Positions 60,761 through 64,000 of a DNA stretch of 64,000 nt are shown here, one piece after another; within the stretch, counting starts at the first letter, position 1; each line of letters begins with the position of its first letter. The stretch is from the human T2T-CHM13v2.0 reference genome, Homo sapiens. The notes beneath the pieces were generated by a model that was given only the letters and a program-made list of their open reading frames with translations, searched no databases and was not told the origin of the DNA. The position numbers and the translations under genes are program-made. The stretch is taken from the NCBI RefSeq assembly GCF_009914755.1, contig NC_060927.1; one strand, given 5' to 3'.

Positions 60761-61955
60761 TTCCTTGCTCGTAATGCCTCGTATTTCCAGATGTCGTCAC
60801 AGAATAAGTAACCGGAATACCAGGAATCTTCCTCCTTTTTACCTGTCCTTCCATCTCAAACACTGAATTTATTCCACTATGGTCTTAAAGTCTATGGCAA
60901 TATAAGCACCTGGTTCCTCCCACCTACGCCTTTCTCAGGGCCAGAGAGGTAGTCTCCTGTGTGGGACCAGCTGGTGAGGCTGTTGTGGAGCCAGGGGAGC
61001 ATAATTAGCACAGTAGTGCTAGCTTCTGGCGCCTGGCTCCTCACTTTGTGTGATTTTCCTTTAGTTCCAACTACTTAAAAATCAATTAGATGGCAGTCAT
61101 TAAACACAAGCAGCAATACATAACTAATTGTCCCAGGAATGTAATTCCTGCACACCCTGGGGCTCTGAATATAGTTTAGCTTCCCTTCTGCAAGCAGAGC
61201 ATGTCAACATACCTGTCCTGTGAGACATAGTCTAGAGTGATGACTTCATGCTCATCCTCTGTCTTCCTGGGGAGACTTCAAGACATGGACTCGCATGCTC
61301 ATTTTCTAGTCACCTCTGTTGTTTGAGTCGATGATGTCACTTCTTCATGGTGGTCTTTGCCAGCACAGAATTGGGAGGTGAGTCAATGCAGTTACTTGCT
61401 CCCACTTCCTGTCCTTCATCACTCATTGTTTTAGGCAAACTCGTCAACCCTCTGGGTCTGTTTTCCCATTTATAAAATGTAAATGATTTCGGAATCTGAG
61501 TCTATAAATATACCTTGACCCTAATACATGCTAATTCATTGACCTGAACAATTCCTGCACACCCTGGGGCTCTGAGTGTAGTTTAGCCACCCCCACCGTC
61601 TCCCAGTACCTGCCTTGACACCTGTGTACCTAGCTAAGCTGCAGGTTTAGTCTAATAAGGAAGTTCATATTCTTCCTACTCCCTTGGGCCCTTTCCCCAG
61701 TCTGTATTCAGTGGAATCTGAGACCCCTTTGCCATAAAACAAACTTTTTATTTTGATAGAGGCAAACCCCTGTATTTTACTCAATTTTGCTGAGTGGAGA
61801 AAGCATTTCTGCTTACACTTGCTTGCTGTGTTCAGCCTTTACCCTTGATGCTCATAGTTATGTTTAAGTATGGCAGTCAATGGAATAAATAAGTTTATTA
61901 TTATATGCAGGTGTTTACTTTTGTTTTTCATTTCCACCTCCCCTACTTTCTTTAG

Positions 61956-62083
61956 TAACTTATGTTGATGAAGATGAAAATGAAATACTTGAATTATCAT
62001 CAAACAAAACATTCTTCATCATGCTGAAGATTCCAGAGGAGTGTGTTGCTGAAGAGGAATTGCCTCACCTGCTCACCGAAAGG
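61956..62083 (+). CDS. C3orf52: C3orf52 exon 3 (VTYVDEDENEILELSSNKTFFIMLKIPEECVAEEELPHLLTER)
   Basis: tttctttag / AGG|gtaatt; 128 nt, phase 1->0; gene continues beyond the window. Confidence 0.92.
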
Positions 62084-62236
62084 GTAATTCCATCTTATAT
62101 ATTGCCTAAGGAGTTCTTGACATTAGAATATGAATTTTGCTAGAATAATTGGCATAGAGCTATAGAGTAAGTAGCTTCAATTTTGGATTCTTTGTCTGGA
62201 TTTTAGCAGAAAATGATGCTTATAAATATATTTTAT

Positions 62237-62507
62237 GACCAAATACCACATGTTCTCACTTACAAGTGGGAGCTAAATGATGAGAACACATGGACACGAA
62301 GAGAGGAACAGACACTGGGGCCTACTTAAGGGCGGAGGGTGGGAAGAGGGAGAGGAGCAGGAAAAAAAGTAACTATTGGGTACTAGGCTTAGTACCTGGG
62401 TGACAAAATAATCTGTACAACAAACCGCCATGACACGAGTTTACCTATAGAAGAAACATGCACATGTATTCTCCTGAGCCTAAAATAAAACTTTGTTAAA
62501 AAAATAA
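62237..62507 (+). mobile_element. Old L1PA 3' fragment
   Basis: atgttctcacttacaagtgggagctaaatgatgagaacacatggacac, AATAAA and A tail. Confidence 0.85.
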
Positions 62508-63734
62508 GTAAATATCTTTACTGTAGTGCAAAGCCAGAGGGAAGATTCCTGGCCTCCAGCTGCATAAATGCTGGAGGACACTGTTCTTTTTACTCCCTTA
62601 GGTCCTACATTTAATTCAACCTATAGTATTCATTGAGGGTCTGTGATGTGCTAGACAGCATGCCAAGTGCCAGGGCCACATTGTCTGTGCCTTCAGGGGT
62701 CTCACAGTCCAAGTACAGGAAGTGACTAAAAAGATCGTTTTATAATAGTGTGGTATGTTCTAGTGTGTTGTACAGTGGCAAAGGAGGGGCATCTGAGCTA
62801 CCTCAGGTGAAGATGAAGGCATGAAAGGCCTGTTAAGTGAAGTGATGCTCAGGATGAGTTTTGAAATGAGGTAGGAATGTTCTAAATAAAAAAGCATGGG
62901 ACATTAAAGGATCTGCAAAGTAGTGTACTGTGGCCTTCCCATGCTTTGTGGTGACAGCTGGCAGAGATAAGGCTAAAAAGGAAGGCAGGCGTCAGGTCAT
63001 GAAGGCTTTCCCACTCTTCAATAAGGCACCAAAATATTTTAATCAGCAGATTGACACAGTTAGATTTTTCCTTTTAGCCTTTCTGTGTTTTGGTGGAGAA
63101 AGCCAGGAGGAAGAGATCAGTTAGAAGGTGTTACAATAGTCCAGGTGAGAAATGAGGGAGACTTGAACTAGGGCAGTGTCGGGAAAATAAGGAAGATTTG
63201 CGTGAGATTTAAGAGGTATTCTCACTCAATAAGAGTCCATGACTGATTGGGTGGTGGTGAGGAGAGCATGACTCCAAGCTCCAGTTGAGTGATTGGGCAG
63301 ATGGATGGCGGTGTCAGTCATGGGATGAGAAACCCAGGAGAATGAACCCTCTGTGGAAGGTGGAAGCTCTGCAGCCAGACTAGGACCGTTGGGTGGGGCA
63401 TCCTGATCATCCTGTCAAAGACAAGGTGGTTCACAGCCAGACCCAGAAATTTTGATAAGAAAATCTAGGCAAGAGCAGGCTGCCCTCCATTAAATTCTTC
63501 TCTGCCATTGCTAGGTTGAATGGAGTGAGTGCTGTTTATCTAACTTCCATTCGATTTGATTCCTACAAAAGCTCCTGAAGAGGCGATTCCATCCAGGTCA
63601 CATCAGAATCAGTTTCTGGGTACCCACGCATGAGATTTCATTGCTTCTTTTATCACAGGAGTTGGTATCCTGTGATGATTACTCCAGATTTCTCTTTCTC
63701 CTTCTCTTCATTTATATCTTTAAATTTTTTTTAG

Positions 63735-63940
63735 ATTGTTTAAATTTATTTATTTATTTTTATTTTTTATTTCCGTAGGTTTTGGGGGACCAGGTGGTAT
63801 TTGGTTACATGAATAAGTTCTTTGGTGGTGATTTCTGAGATTTTGGTGCACCCATTACCCGAGCAGTGTACACTGTGCCCAATTTGTAGTCTTTTATCCC
63901 TCACCCCCACCACCTTTTCCATCAAGTCCTTGAAGTCTCT
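63735..63940 (-). mobile_element. L1PB-like 3' fragment
   Basis: caggtggtatttggttacatgaataagttctt..ggtgcacccattacc. Confidence 0.75.
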
Positions 63941-64000
63941 TCATTTATGTCTTATCTTCACCTCCTTTTCTCCTTTCCTTCCACCTGCTTCCTGGGGCAA

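Overview
Primate (human-like) genomic DNA, not prokaryotic. Most ORF-track entries are spurious or repeat-derived. The window holds two head-to-tail + strand genes. (1) The last 16 coding exons of TMPRSS7/matriptase-3 (1014-40194). These splice into one open frame: SEA, CUB, CUB, three LDLa modules, an R|IIGG activation site and a trypsin-like protease with an intact His/Asp/Ser triad. The 5' transmembrane exons lie upstream of the window. (2) The CpG-island promoter and first three coding exons of C3orf52/TTMP (45528-62083). Introns carry many Alus, a ~7 kb composite antisense L1PA, solo LTRs (MER51-, MER11-, MaLR- and MER21-like), DNA-transposon MITEs (Tigger3, MER2, MER30, MER85) and microsatellites. 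I see no wholly new system. The most interesting leads are: C3orf52 as a possible protease-less TM+SEA paralogue of its TTSP neighbour; two alternative in-frame SEA-CUB linkers in TMPRSS7; a chimeric L1 whose antisense promoter/ORF0 points at the protease exons; and a two-template local duplication. Repeat subfamily names come from my recall of consensus sequences, and repeat boundaries without a stated TSD are approximate.
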